Shown here: positions 1 to 12,417 of the stretch, piece by piece
How positions within the stretch are numbered: position 1 is the stretch's first letter
Layout: every line of letters begins with the position of its first letter
NCBI GenBank assembly: GCA_003971905.1
Contig: RSEE01000055.1
Location: 186,001-250,000, forward strand
Source of the DNA: Moniliella sp. 'wahieum'
Lineage: Eukaryota
DNA length: 64,000 nucleotides
Direction of reading: 5' to 3'
Position numbers and translations under genes: made by a program
Notes under the pieces: model-generated
Told to the model about the DNA's origin: nothing
Database searches by the model: none
Seen by the model: only the letters and a program-made list of their open reading frames with translations

Positions 1-448
1 ACCCTACTGCCGCAGCTGCCCGCGTGGCACTCGAGACGGGATTCCCCAAGTTGAAAGCGACCCATGAGCTGGCACGATGGGCTCAATCCCAACTTGAACA
101 GTTGAGGGTGCACATCGCCATTCCAGCCGAAACGAATATGGTGCGTGTCCTCGACCGATCCCCAGCTTGGACTGACTTTTGCTGTAAAAGCTCTTTCTTG
201 ACACTCTAAGCATCGGGGTTGGCCCCGACGAGGTGATGGAGCGAGCTTCCGGGCTGCCTGAGCCGCTGCTTACCTATGGCCAGCGCTTCGTCTTCCACAT
301 CAATACGTCTCCCGAGGCTGTCCAGGATTTGGTTGGGCTGATTGCGCAGCTCAAGCAGGAAAAGCTGGATCAGGGCTTTGATCCGGACAAGGGATTGGAG
401 CACCGCAGCGCAGTGGGGGGGATCTATGGCCAACGGAAGCGTAAATAA
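1..448 (+). CDS. GLY1: Low-specificity L-threonine aldolase, 3' part (5' end outside window)
   Basis: AAAARVALETGFPKLKATHELA...PAETNM, intron 141-190 (GTGCGT...AAAG), then LFLD...RFVFHINTSPEAV; matches the fungal threonine aldolase C-terminus; stop at 448. Confidence 0.8.
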
Positions 449-489
449 ATGGGACACCGAGAGCGCGAGGAGCGACCGACGGTAAACAC

Positions 490-1000
490 GACATGGCCTT
501 TCTATATCCTAACACTTTGGCAATGAGCACAACACTGGGTCGGTTCACCGAGCCAGCAAGGATGATCTAGTTATGCGCCTCGGGCCCAGGTGGGGTATTA
601 TGCCGCCATCATTCTCTTCAATGGACTTGACCACCCTCTCTACATGAGCAAAACGGTGTGAGCAGAGAGTGATGTTGGCACCCATCTGCGGTTGCCTCGG
701 TTAGGATTTGAATCGGAGGGTGGCAGTAGAACATTGGCGCGAGCAGCGCCACGCCGTCTCCAAAGCCGCAAGTGGTCTCGGCTCAGCGCGCCTGCCCGAG
801 TCGCCTCGGCCGTTGCGCAAGGCGAGTCGGTTGGATTGGGTCCGGCGCTACACTCAACCGGCTTTGATCGAACCAGCTGTACCCCCCGACTTTAGCATGC
901 CCTACAACGTCATCATTATGGTCTCCACCATGGCGCTCTTTTTGGATCGATATTCAACAACTTGTTTCGCTCATATGTGGATGTGGTTGTACCGAGGTAA
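490..1000 (+). pseudogene. GPI16: C-terminal fragment of GPI transamidase subunit Gpi16/PIG-T
   Basis: RRYTQPALIEPAVPPDFSMPYNVIIMVSTMALF and, after a frameshift, GSIFNNLFRSYVDVVVPR*; PDFSMPYNVI is the PIG-T signature; no room for the N-terminal part after the GLY1 stop; 5' limit approximate. Confidence 0.7.
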
Positions 1001-1153
1001 TTGGCACTTCGCTCCCACCGCGTTGACCGTTACATTGTTTGGGAGGTGTACCCACCAGCTACGTGCAAAGCGTAGCAGTAATTGTAGTGTACATGCATGG
1101 GAGGAAACAGAGAGGGGAAGGAGGGAGGACGACCAAAAAAAAAGAGCCCCGGC

Positions 1154-4100
1154 TCACAAGAAGCCATTCTCCATCAACATCTTGGCAATTTTTTCGTTCT
1201 CGTCTCGTTCCCGAGGCTCGAGTCGGAGCGATTGCCGATACAACTCTTCGTCTGATTGAACCTCCACAAGACTGTCTTTGATAAACCGCTGGATGCCTTG
1301 GACCGGGGTGAGCACATAGGGCGTACTCTGGTACGTGCCAATCTCTTTGACGACCTCGGCAGTCATGCGATGCTGTTAAAATTGATGAACTGGCTGGGGC
1401 GAAGCAGGTTCAAGTTGCCCTCGTCGATGAACGTCAGGTCCGTCAAGTAACACCCAAAAAGGGGACGCAAGGCGGGTTGAGGTTGTGGATCATATCGCGG
1501 TACTGGGCAAAGTTCTTGGTATTGAGCAGCAACTTGTTGACCGAGTTGAACGTATCCCGGTTCTTGGTGCTGATCAGCTGCCACGTGGCGCGTAGCCGGT
1601 AGATGGCCGCACTGTTGGTCCACTGACGATGGCCGTCATGGAGGCAAAATTATGCAACCGTCTACACTGATCAGCAATCTGAATAAAGTGCCGCAGCCAC
1701 TGCGCCCGCGTCCTCGCCTCAGGCTGGAGGAGGATGGACTCGACCACCCATCCAGTGACCTTGTTGCCTGTCGCAACAATCTCTTTGATGTGGGGCGAAC
1801 GGATGTGTCCGTCCTCTTTGGCCCAGTTGCGATCAAGACACTCTTGCGGCCGAATCCGGCCAAAAGCGTTTGCCTCCCGGATGGTGAGCTGGCGCGCCAT
1901 CTCAAGCGGATCAATGTCCAGGAACTTGATGTGCTGCACCGTCTTGTGGGCAAGATGGGAGGAGGGGCATTGCTCGTGTTAATCGAAAGTGTCTTGCGCG
2001 AGTGCCATCCGCACTGTGCACCGTCTTCCCTCCTTCGTTCGAGAGCCCGATGCAGCTGTTTCTGTGCGAGGCCCGACATGTCGTGCGTGATAAAATCAGC
2101 AATCTTATCCAGCACTAGGTCATCCTTCTCGTCCCATGAGTAGGTCTCGAGCCACGTCTTGAGCGCATTTTGCACACGCAGCTGGATAGGCCGCTGCTTC
2201 TTGGTCGCCCAAAGCGCTTGCTCTTCGTCTGTCAAGCCCTCAGGCATCGGCAGCCGGAATCGTTCAAAGAGCATGTCCAACAATTCCTCCGTGCTGATAA
2301 AGGATCGGTAGGTGAGAAGAAAAGTGGTGTTGAAGGGGGGTCGAAGCTGTCATGCATAGTAAAGTGCTGGATAAGAGCTCGAGGTGTGCCCGCCTTGACC
2401 GTTCCATCTGGACCGATCACAATGCTGTCCGGGGAGATATCGCTCTCCAAGAACCAAGGCACGGGCTCGTTGGGCGCTTTGGGTGGCGGTGGAGCCAGGG
2501 CAATCGGGGCCGATGAGGCGTCGAGCGGCAGCGCATCCTCCGCCGATGGGGTCAGAGAAGGAGTGGCGGACGTTCGCTTGCTTTCCTCGGAAGGAATATC
2601 TGTGGTGGAGATGGGGCCAGGGGACGACGAATCGTCCATAAAGAACTTTCGTAACCTCTCTGCCCGTGACAAGCGTGCCGCCGGATCCGCCGTTCCACGA
2701 GTGGTAGTGCGGCCTTGGGCAGAAGGCGAGCGTGAAGGGGGAAGAGACAGGTCCCCTGAATTGACTGGGGTGGGTGGACCTGAAGAAAAACTTTTCTACC
2801 AGAGATCTTGCTCGTACCTGACAAGAAGCTCGAAGGTAGCCTCGGTCCTCGGCGGCCCCACTTGGTGAACGATTTGCTTTCAGGCTGGGATATCCTCGAC
2901 GATCGCCGCTCCTCAGCAGAGGTAGCAAGAGAGCTGGCATGATCGGCAAGAGTGACGCTGCTGCTGGCACTGCTGGGCGCACGTCCTGTGGGGAAGGACG
3001 GAGCCCGGCTCAAACGGCTCTCCGGGCTACCCGTCCGGCCACGAACGTTCAAACCGGACGCAAAAGTAGAGCCGAGGTAGCCAATGTCGCGCTGGTTGCG
3101 CATGTTGGGGCTGGACATGCTCGGTGGGGCGGTCCAGTCCACTTTCCCGTACACTTTGCTTCGTGCCCCCGACGTACTCGATGGAGAGGACTGCTGCTCT
3201 GCTTGGACCTCGAGCAGCTGGTTAATCGCATCACGAATGCTCTCGAGGCTCACGTCAAGTCCCCCGAGTAAAGGGAGTAGTTCTTCGACACTTTGGGGGG
3301 CCAAAGTGGGGCCGTCGATGGCCAGACCATCTTGCGCACAAACAAAGACCTCATTTGCACCGTCATAGAGGTTCTGCTTGGCTTGCACAAACCCTTGGAT
3401 GAGCATGCGTGCACGGACAGCGTTCTCCCCAGAGGCATCACTACCTTCTTCTCCTTTACCGACCCATCGTAGTCCAAACCCACAGCGAAATCCACATCCT
3501 CCAGCAAGGCCAGGTATGTGCCTACACGGTAAAGCAGTGTTCGCGTCTTCTCGAGGAAAACGTCATAGGAGGGTAAGCCAGAGGACTGAGGGTCCACCCC
3601 CTCGGCTTCCGAGGCCAACAAAGCACGAAGCTGGGTCACCTTTGTCCGCACATCCTCCTCTTGTGATTGCAGAGGCTTGGCGACCGGAGGAAAACTCCTG
3701 GTTGGGCCTTCGACGGAGGTGAACGTGCCCACGAGTGAGAAGCGTTTGGGTCTCCGGCGTCACGTCGAAAGGATTGGTAAACGTGCCCATTGCGTCTGCG
3801 CGAAGGCAAGCCATTTCGTTAGGGGAAGGCAAGATGAATCCGCTGCCCCTCCAGCCAGCCGCCGATCCACCGCTGAGAGAATTGGGGTCGATCCCAGCGG
3901 TACCTTCAGAGCTCGTAGTAGAGAAGGAAGCACAGTCCGCGGCCACCCAATCTCTGAGGTGCGGCCTGAGTCCATGCGAAAGCGATACTGATCCAGCTCG
4001 CTCGACAATTCGCACGCAGTTCGCAAAAGCTCGGTTGCATCGTCCCGGATCCGATCCTTTTGTTGAGCTAGGCGGGACGAGAGGGTAGCGCGCTCTTGGA

Positions 4101-5654
4101 TGACCTTCTCGCTGGTGTCCCAGGCGTGCCATTGGCCCTCGAGGCGGTAGAGGTGGATAGCGATAAGCTTGCTGGAGGTGATAATGAGCCGAGCCAAACA
4201 TTGGATCATCGTGTTGGCAGGAAGGGATACAGCTTGGGGGGTATTGAAGCTTAGACTCGATGGGGTCTCCTGCTAGAGGAAGAGGTGAAGGATCGACGGG
4301 TCGGGTGGTTGCGAGAGCCAAGATCAAGGGGGAGGGATGTCAAGACAAAGTCGCCAGTCAAGTCCAGCAGGTCATCCAATACGTCATCGGATACTGGGAG
4401 TACCCCCGAAGCATAGAGAAGAGCGCGGACAGCAGGCAAGAAGCGGTCAAACGACTCCTTCCATCGGTCGCTAATGATGGTACCAGAAATTGAGGGCTGA
4501 TCCAAATCGGTCACAACACTGATTAGTCCGCGCAGCTGCGCTGCCATTTCCTCATGGGCCTCGCTGAGCTCGACCATAGCCGTGTCTCCCGGGTCGATCT
4601 GATGTTGAAGCTCAAGAGCTTCAACCAATTCGGATTGCAGGCGCGGAGGCGCATCTCGAAGAGTGAGGGATGGTGTAGCCGCCGAGTTTGCAGTTGACAA
4701 GGGCCCTGCAGAAGGTGACATGTTTCTCCGTTTGGCCATCTACCACATGAGCGGGGTTGGTCTGCAGTGCGTTGCCCGGCAGATGCCCGGTACGTTTTCC
4801 TCGGGTGGATCGCTGGTCCGCCCAAAGGAACGAGTCGGGTGCAACGGAAGAATTGGGCCCCAGTACGTCTTGGCTCCGACTCCGACGATGGGCGGAAGCC
4901 GAGGGCACACGCGTTTCCTGGACGGGTGGTTAGTAGGGGTCCCAGTGGAATGCATGCAGGGCATACAAGGAGGAAAGGGGGATATGGCTCACCATAGGGG
5001 CGCTGCCGCGGCGGGCGTTGGCGCGCGGCTGCTTTGCGGAACGCATAGTGGCCTGGCGGATCGATTTCAGACTGAGTCCGTTTCGGAGAGAACGGATGGG
5101 ATCCACACGCTGGGCAAACGTGTGGGACGAAGCCTCATCGGCTGTGCCGACGCTGGCGAAGGTCCGACTGAGCGAGCTGCCCGGTGGCGCCCCGGTCACG
5201 GTCGATGAGCTGTCAGACTCTTCTGCGGCAGAGGAGCCAGGCTGCTGGCCACAGGGTGCGTTCTCGGAGTCCGCATTGGGAGGGTCGTCGTCCACCTCCT
5301 CGTAATCGCTGGTGGTGCCGAGAGAAGCAGCATTGGCAGCAGCGGTGGGAGGCAAGGGGATAGATGGAGCGAGGGCGAGCGACTGTCGACAGCGTAGATG
5401 AGCTCAATCTCGGAAGGGGAGAGAGGCTGGACAAAGTTGCTGGGGAACCAGCCGCGTATGGGCGGCTCGGTGCTGTCTCCGTGGAGCAGGCCGTCCCACC
5501 AGCCCGTTTCGAGCTGGCTGAGGACCTCGATGATGGCGCCCTGGGGGAAGGAGAGCGCGTTGGGGTCCGTTGCATCATAGTCGTAGATGGTGCGCACCAC
5601 GAGCCGAGACCCAGGGGACGGCGGGTCGGGTGGATCCGGCGCGGCAGGCGGCAT
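1154..5654 (-). CDS. CDC25: Ras guanine nucleotide exchange factor (SH3 + REM + CDC25 domain), frameshifted in this assembly
   Basis: N-terminal SH3 (VRTIYDYDATDPNALSF...GWWDG...RGWFPSNFV); REM (GTVKAGT...PIQLRVQNALKTWLE); catalytic domain (FLDIDPLEMARQLT...LHNFASMTAIVSG, FGCYLTDLTFIDEGN). Confidence 0.9.
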
Positions 5655-6621
5655 GTGGCGCGGATGGAGGAGGGTGGTGCGGGAGCGGCAGCGGCAGCGG
5701 AGGGGGGGGAGGGGGGGATACGAAGAAGATGACGATGGAGATGAGGAGGAGGAGGAGGAGGGGAGGAGGAAGGACAACAGGACAACGGCAAGCGCAAGGC
5801 CCCCAGAGAACGAGCAGGCGGGGCGACGGGTGATGTTGAGCTCACCTGGGTGGTCCAGCGAGGAGGCTGGTCGCTGCAGCCTCGATCGGATTCTGCGGCG
5901 TGCAACGTCTGTGTCAGAGCACGCCGCCCGCACAGCGCCAGTGTGCCCACCGCGCCACGCGCCCCGACGGACAACTTTTGTGTTACAATTGCAATCCAAC
6001 TCTGTTCATGCACATGTTCATGTTCAACTGAACGTTCACATCGACATCCCCCTCCTCGCCCGGCCTCCCCTCGCTCGCCTTGCCGCTCGCCGTTGCTCAG
6101 CGCTCAGCGCTCACCCCCCCCCTCTGATCACATGCACACTCTGCTACTAGCCCGCCACGCCGGAGCGCACAGTTGCCGCTGCCGCCAAGATGCCGAAGCA
6201 GGACGAGGCTGGTTGTGCGGGCTTTGCTATTGCGAGCGCTCCATGTTGGGGTGCACTGCTTGGCGACCAGGATGGATTCGGTACCGGACTCCCACCGTGC
6301 GTGATGGTGGGCATTTTTCTGACCTGCGATGCGCACGGCCCGAGTAAAGTCAGCAGCCAGCCGCTCAGCCAATCAGACAGTCGTCCCTATCGTCCCGATC
6401 CCTATTCAATTGTTCAAGCCACTGAGTACTGAATCACGAAAGCGGCGCTTAGCGCGCTCATTTTCAGCCACTCAGCGGGCCAGAGAGTAAGCACCCAATC
6501 GCTTCCGCCGCCATGCGGACCGCCCAACGCACCATCGTGCCATTCAAAATTCCCCCTCCGTTGGCGGGCAAAGAGGCCCTTGTTCCACAGCCATCTCACA
6601 ACTCTCGCTATTCAGTAGCAG

Positions 6622-6700
6622 CCTCAGTATCCTCAGTATCCTCAGTATCCTCAGTATCCTCAGTATCCTCAGTATCCTCAGTACCCTCAGTACCCTCAGT
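6622..6700. repeat. 9-bp tandem repeat: (CCTCAGTAT)x6, (CCTCAGTAC)x2, plus a partial unit
   Basis: Read directly from the sequence. Confidence 0.95.
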
Positions 6701-6939
6701 TGAGCCGTTGAGGGTCCCGTCGAATGGTTTAAAGCTCAACGTGCTCAAGCTACGAAACGGGGTGTTTTGTGCTCACTATCAGTACCCCTCCCCGCCCTCC
6801 CTGAGCCTCCCAACCGGCAACCTCCGAAAAGACTCAACATGCTCCAAACACCTTGATTATGATCATCGTGGAGGACGAATGAGGAAATGCAAGCCGCTGG
6901 GGGTCCCGGGCAGTGGCCAGGCCACTTGGTCAGGCACAC

Positions 6940-7788
6940 TTACTTTTTCGGGCGGAAGGTTTGCTTGTCGCCCCATCCGTAGTTGTTGTAGCTCTGCGGC
7001 CGTCCCTGCGTGGGCATCAAGAGCATTGCACGTGCGCGCTTGATGGCCTTGGTCACGCGCCGTTGGTTTTGCTGGAGCAGCCGCGTCTCGCTACGCGGGT
7101 AAATTTTGCCCATCCGACTCACATAGGGCGCCAAGAGCGAGACGTTCTTGTACGAGTCGTCAAACAGCGACGGTTTCTTCGGGTTCAGCCCCAGCTGGAA
7201 AAACGGGTCGTACTTCTCTGCCACATGACGACGCGGCGCAAACAGCGCAGGCCGCTTACGCGCCGCGATCGCGTCGGTTCCTCGTACTCCATCAGATCCG
7301 GCGTGGTGAACTGCCGAGCCAACGTTAGTACAGCACACCTCAGGCTACAAGGCCAGCACACATGGCATGCAAGCGAGAGAAATACGCACCGTACCCCATT
7401 CCAGATGGGACTGCAGTTGGCGGCGCACAGTGGCCTTGCGCGAGGTGGCCTGCATCGCATTGTCGGTCATGCGCCGCGTCTCAACAAAGTTGCTCCGTCC
7501 GCCCGCCTGACTCCCATCCGCCTGCTCTCCATGTCCGTCCGACTCTCCCCCCTCGCTCGGGGATTGAGGCGACTTGAGGAACGTGCGCGGGCGCGTGTCC
7601 ATCCGGTTGAGGTGGGACTTTTGGATGGAGCGAGCCAGCTGCTCGAGTGGACCCGAAGGCGGCGCGGTGGGGTTGTTGGGGTCGGACACGCCGCTGAATT
7701 GCCGGATGCCACCAACGGCGAAGCGGGCGGCGGGAGTAGGCGCGGAAGCCAGGCCGCAGCGGCCCAGGGAGCGGATGAGCGAGCGCAT
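6940..7788 (-). CDS. RSM18: Mitochondrial ribosomal protein S18 (bS18m)
   Basis: Arg/Ser-rich presequence-like start MRSLIRSLGRCG; S18 domain DPFFQLGLNP...YKNVSLLAPYVSRMGKIYPRSETRLLQQNQRRVTKAIKRARAM; internal intron or frameshift. Confidence 0.85.
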
Positions 7789-8316
7789 CGTCGTGGTGCC
7801 AGCTGTCAAGAACGCCGGTCCTTGGTTGGCGCGGACGATGGAGGGAGCGAGGAGAGCTTCTTCGGTTACGTAACAGCAGCCATGGCTGAACATTCCCAGC
7901 ATTGCCGGTGACAAGCATGTGACATGTGACCATGTGACCAGGCGCCCAGCGGCGAAGAAACTTTCAAATCGGAATGGAAAGTTGCAACTGCAACCTCGCG
8001 GAATCACCGATCACGAGCACTATGCAGGCGCCATACACAAAGCAGCTGGTCCAATGCCCCACTATATTCGAGACCATTACAGGCCACCCCGACCACGGCC
8101 ATCCCATCCCAGAAGGGGGCAAATATCAACTGCATCTAGCCCCCTGCTCCCACCCGGCCCAAGGCGCGGACGAGAGCAATCCAAAGAGGGGCGGAGGCAA
8201 AGGGAACAGGAGTGGAGGAACAAGAAAGGAAAGGAAAGGGAATCAGGGTAGTGATTGTCGGTAGGGAAAACAGAGCCATAATGCATACGCACCCGCACCT
8301 AAGCGTTGCTGCTCTC

Positions 8317-11300
8317 TCATGTCTTCTTGAAAGGATTGTGCATCCGAGACCGGCGTTTGCCACCAAACACGCTGCTGGTATCCGGGAGAGGGAGCCCGAG
8401 CCCGAGGCAAACTCGGCGGGGATGGGCGGCACCGGGGGCGGAACCAACTCGGGGCTTGCCTCGGCGCCGCGAACAGAAGGCGACGTCGGATTCGTTGCCA
8501 TCGTCGTCCTGTGGCCTACGCGACGCACGAATCCAAATGCCTTGGATGGCGCCGAGAAGGCTGTCTTGCCCACCTGGCCCACCGCCTTGATCCCGGCCTT
8601 GCCCACTTGCCCAGGCACAGCCACCGCGCCGCCTCCGCCGCGCGTCGCAAGCGGCACCCACGCGGCCCGCCACGACAGAGCGACAGTGACAGTCGGTTGG
8701 TTGTCGCCAGCGCCTTCGCCCACCAGCGGGACAGTGACTGTCAAGGGTTCGCCTGAGACGGAAGAGAGGTCCAACTGAGCCTGGCCCAATGGATCTGGCG
8801 TGCCCACTTGATCCCAATCGTTCATCGTAATCACCACGGGCTGCGTCGCCCGAGACGCCACCACGACCTCTTCCAGCGTCTCGTTAAAGTCGGGATCAAG
8901 CGTCTTCTTCACCACCTTGGACTTGGCCGTCCGCTCGCCGTCAACCAGGATGCGAGCGTACGGGTCGGACGACTTGCCTCGATCCGCCGCGCGCAAGTGA
9001 GCAGCGGAGACGAGTGGACGGTGAGGTACCCATGGTTGTCAAAACGCTCCGCCCGATCCAGGCTGAGGGGCAAGGGAACGTACTTGCACATCAGCGTCAC
9101 ACGGTTGCCTCCCTCGCCCGAGCCACGCTTGGCGGTAAGCGGGATGGTCACAGGTTTGTCGAACGCCTTGCTGAGCAGCTCCCGAGTCGAGCCCTCGAAC
9201 TCAGCGTACACATCGTCCGGGTCCTCGCTGATACCCTTCCGGAAGCGAATGAAGAACCGCGAAGGAGCCAGCTCCCGAATCACTCGCTCATACACATCAT
9301 CCAGAGTCAGAGTACCAGAAGACTTGGACGGCTCGGTCTGGTAAGAGGGCCAGGACGACTCGTCAAACCAAATCTCAATTGACGTTTTCTCCCTGTTGAC
9401 CGACGCAGAAAGGACATTGAAGGCAAGCATGCCGCTCTTGGACTCTAGCAACTGGGGAAGGGTACGCGAACGGGTTCAGGTTCGGGCTCCTTCTCCTCCT
9501 CAGCCTCGCCCTCACCGCCTGTAGCCTTTTCACCCGACGTCTTGGGGTCCGTCGCATCTTTGGCTTGAACATCCGCCTTCTTGGCATCCGCGGGAACAGC
9601 TTCCTTGGCCTCCTCCTTGGATGAGCGATCGGGCTTCGCCTCCACCTTCTCTCCGCCATGTGCAGCAAGGAAGTTGACGCCTTGCAAGTTGAGCGCAGGG
9701 ACAAACTCCACATCGTACTCGACAGTGCCTTTGTATTGATGCTTACCGACCGCGATCATTTCCCGACGCTGCTGTTTGCCCAAGGACTTGAACGGATACT
9801 CATTCTCCTTCTTGTTCTCCTCGGCCAGTTCGGACACTGGGATAGTCACCATGCCCAAAGGACGGTGCTTGCCATTGTTCTGGAAATCTTGCAGCTCCAG
9901 CACCACAGTGTCGGACAGGCTGTGCACCGGGGAGTAAATAATCTCGTTCCAAACCGGGTCAAGGTTGCTTTCCTGCACATTGGTACGGTCGACGATCGCG
10001 CCACGGAAGCGAAGCTGTGCATACGGATCGCTCTTCCCTCCGGAAATGGCCTCGACGTTTTTGATATCCAACGCGCGCTTGGCCCAGACCTTGAGAGTAC
10101 CAATGGGAGGTGTGTAACCCTCCCCACCGTTCGCGCCGCCAGTCATAGCCACCGGCTTCCAAAGCGTGGAGAAACGCACTTTTGCCCCCTTGCCCAAATC
10201 AAACCATTCCTGTTCTTTTGCCTTTGCCTGGATCAAATCCTGCAGCCGCTTGGTCACTTGTCCTACGACTTGGTCGAGCCCATTTCTGAAGTAACAACTT
10301 GGATGGTCACCCTGCTCGCATCCCGGTTGGTCGATAAGAATTCCTTGGTGTACGCCCAGTGAGGGGTCGTGGTGCGCTTCTTGGTAGAGGACTCGCCCAC
10401 TGTCTTGCCATCCATCAGGATCCGAACCCACGTCGACGGTTCTCCCAGGCCTCGCTTGGACAAGCCCTTGGCCTCGTATACCGAGAGACGGACAATGCGC
10501 TGCGCGACTCTGGGATTGCTTCGGCCTGGCCATCGGGTCCCTTGGTAGCCGTAAGCACAGGCAAGTACTTGAGAGAATAGTTGAGAGTACCACGATACCG
10601 CCCGCCCATCTGAACCGGAGAAGAAAGACCCTCCCGCTCGGGCTCGGTGTCGAGCCCATCAAGAGGGTAGACACAATACCGAGCTTAGTGTCGGGACGGT
10701 GGTCATTGAAATCCATGAGATGAAGAGTAAGGAAGCCATTGAGGTTGCGGACCAGAGCATACTGCGTCTCCTTCCAGGGGGGGAGTTTGTCGAGGGGATC
10801 GTCTTGGTGCGTCCCTGCAATTCGCCATCGTCAATGGCCAACGCCACGTACGGATCGGGCTTTCCGCCGCCAAATTTAGCACCCTTAATGTCCGTTGCGG
10901 TAGCAATGGTGACCTGCACCACGCCGGTAGCCGAGTCCAAAGGTTGCCCCGCCAAGAGCTCTTCCACATTGAGAGAGAAGACATTAGGGGCATACACCAT
11001 GGGTCCAAGAATATTGTTGACTTGATCCTTAATAAAGTTAGTGAGACCAGGGAGGTTGTTGACGTCCCAGCCGAAAGTATGGCCACCAACGGGTTTCAAC
11101 ACATAATCATAGTAAGGTGGTTCCAACATCGTCACATCGACAATTTGCACGTGCGGGAAATTGGTGACCAGCTTCAGGCGCAGACGCAGGTAGCCATTGA
11201 ACGTAAAGTCTTCTACATCGATCGGAAGCGTAACCAGCGCAGGGCCTTTACCAAGTTTGACAGAGATACGAATGCGGGGGTTGACAATGTTGGCCGACTG

Positions 11301-12417
11301 CCGCGCGGTCAGGTCAATGTTGTCGTGAGGCGTGAAGCTAAACCTCCAATCCATCAGGACCACATCATCAGGAGTGTCGGGGAACGTGCGGACATGATTG
11401 ACACGGGGCGGCTTCGAGCCAAGGGTAAACGTAGACCTTGGGATTTCAAGTCAGTTTTTTGGACAGGCAGCGTCAAAAGAGAAACTGTGCTTACAGGCGA
11501 ACCGAATCGATAAACTTGGGAAGGTATTGCGGGATTTGCTGCTCGGCTTGGGAGACAACCATACCGCAGATAATGGGTTCAAAAATAGGCCAAAAGCGGG
11601 CCAGGAAGAAGTTGGCCCATTCCATCGTCTCGAACTGATCTTCCATCTTTTTGGACTGGAGCTCGCGTGTGATTTGGTCGCGGGCACGCTGACGAGCGGC
11701 GCATACCGGCGTTCCAGTATACAGCTGAAGCCGCGCCCACGGTCAGTGCGCCGCCGAGACCGAGGCCCAAGCGGGTGGCGAGCCAAGTGAGCAGAATCGT
11801 GCCAATGCGGCGGCAGCTTGAAACCACCAGAAGCCAAGGAACTTGTCCGGAACGGCAGCGGTAACAAGGGTGGACTCCCACGACATTTGCTTGACCTCAT
11901 CGCTTTCAACTTCCGCCAAGGTACGCGTTTCAGGGCCATCGCGAGGAGCTCCGAGGTATTCGGCAAATTCGTGAAGAGATTTGCGCTTGTCGGATCTGCC
12001 AGGGGGCACCATCCTTAGCCTCAGGGGTAGGGGCACCCTTTGCGCTGGGCGGAGGGGCGGGCGCGGCAGTCCGTTCAAAGTCCAGGGGCGGGTCGAGGTA
12101 GCGAGTGTTGAATGCGCGCGCACCCGTCCATCCAATGATTGCGTCGGGGCGCACCCCGCCAACGGCTGTGGTGGTCTGCGTCGCATCGCCCGAGCCGTCC
12201 TGGCCTTCCTGCTTGCTGATGCGCTGGATGTCGGCGAGGGAGATGGTGGGGCGAGCGAGACGGGCAGCTGGGCCAAGGTCCGAGGGCAGGCCGGCGCCGT
12301 CGGCAAGCTTGGGCGCCTTCTTCAGCGCACCTCCCTGGGCCGCAGCGGCGGCGACGGCGGCATCGGCCTGGCCTCGGGCGAGTCGGAGTGGGTGGGGGCG
12401 TCGTGGGGATCAGCCAT
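8317..12417 (-). CDS. TCB: Tricalbin (ER-PM tether: TM + SMP + multiple C2 domains), frameshifted
   Basis: SMP (VVLMDWRFSFTPHD...LRLKLVTNFPHVQIV...NILGPMVYAPNVF); C2 domains (GGKPDPYV, GGKSDPYAQL, AADRGKSSDPYA...KKTLDPDFNE); ends approximate. Confidence 0.88.
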
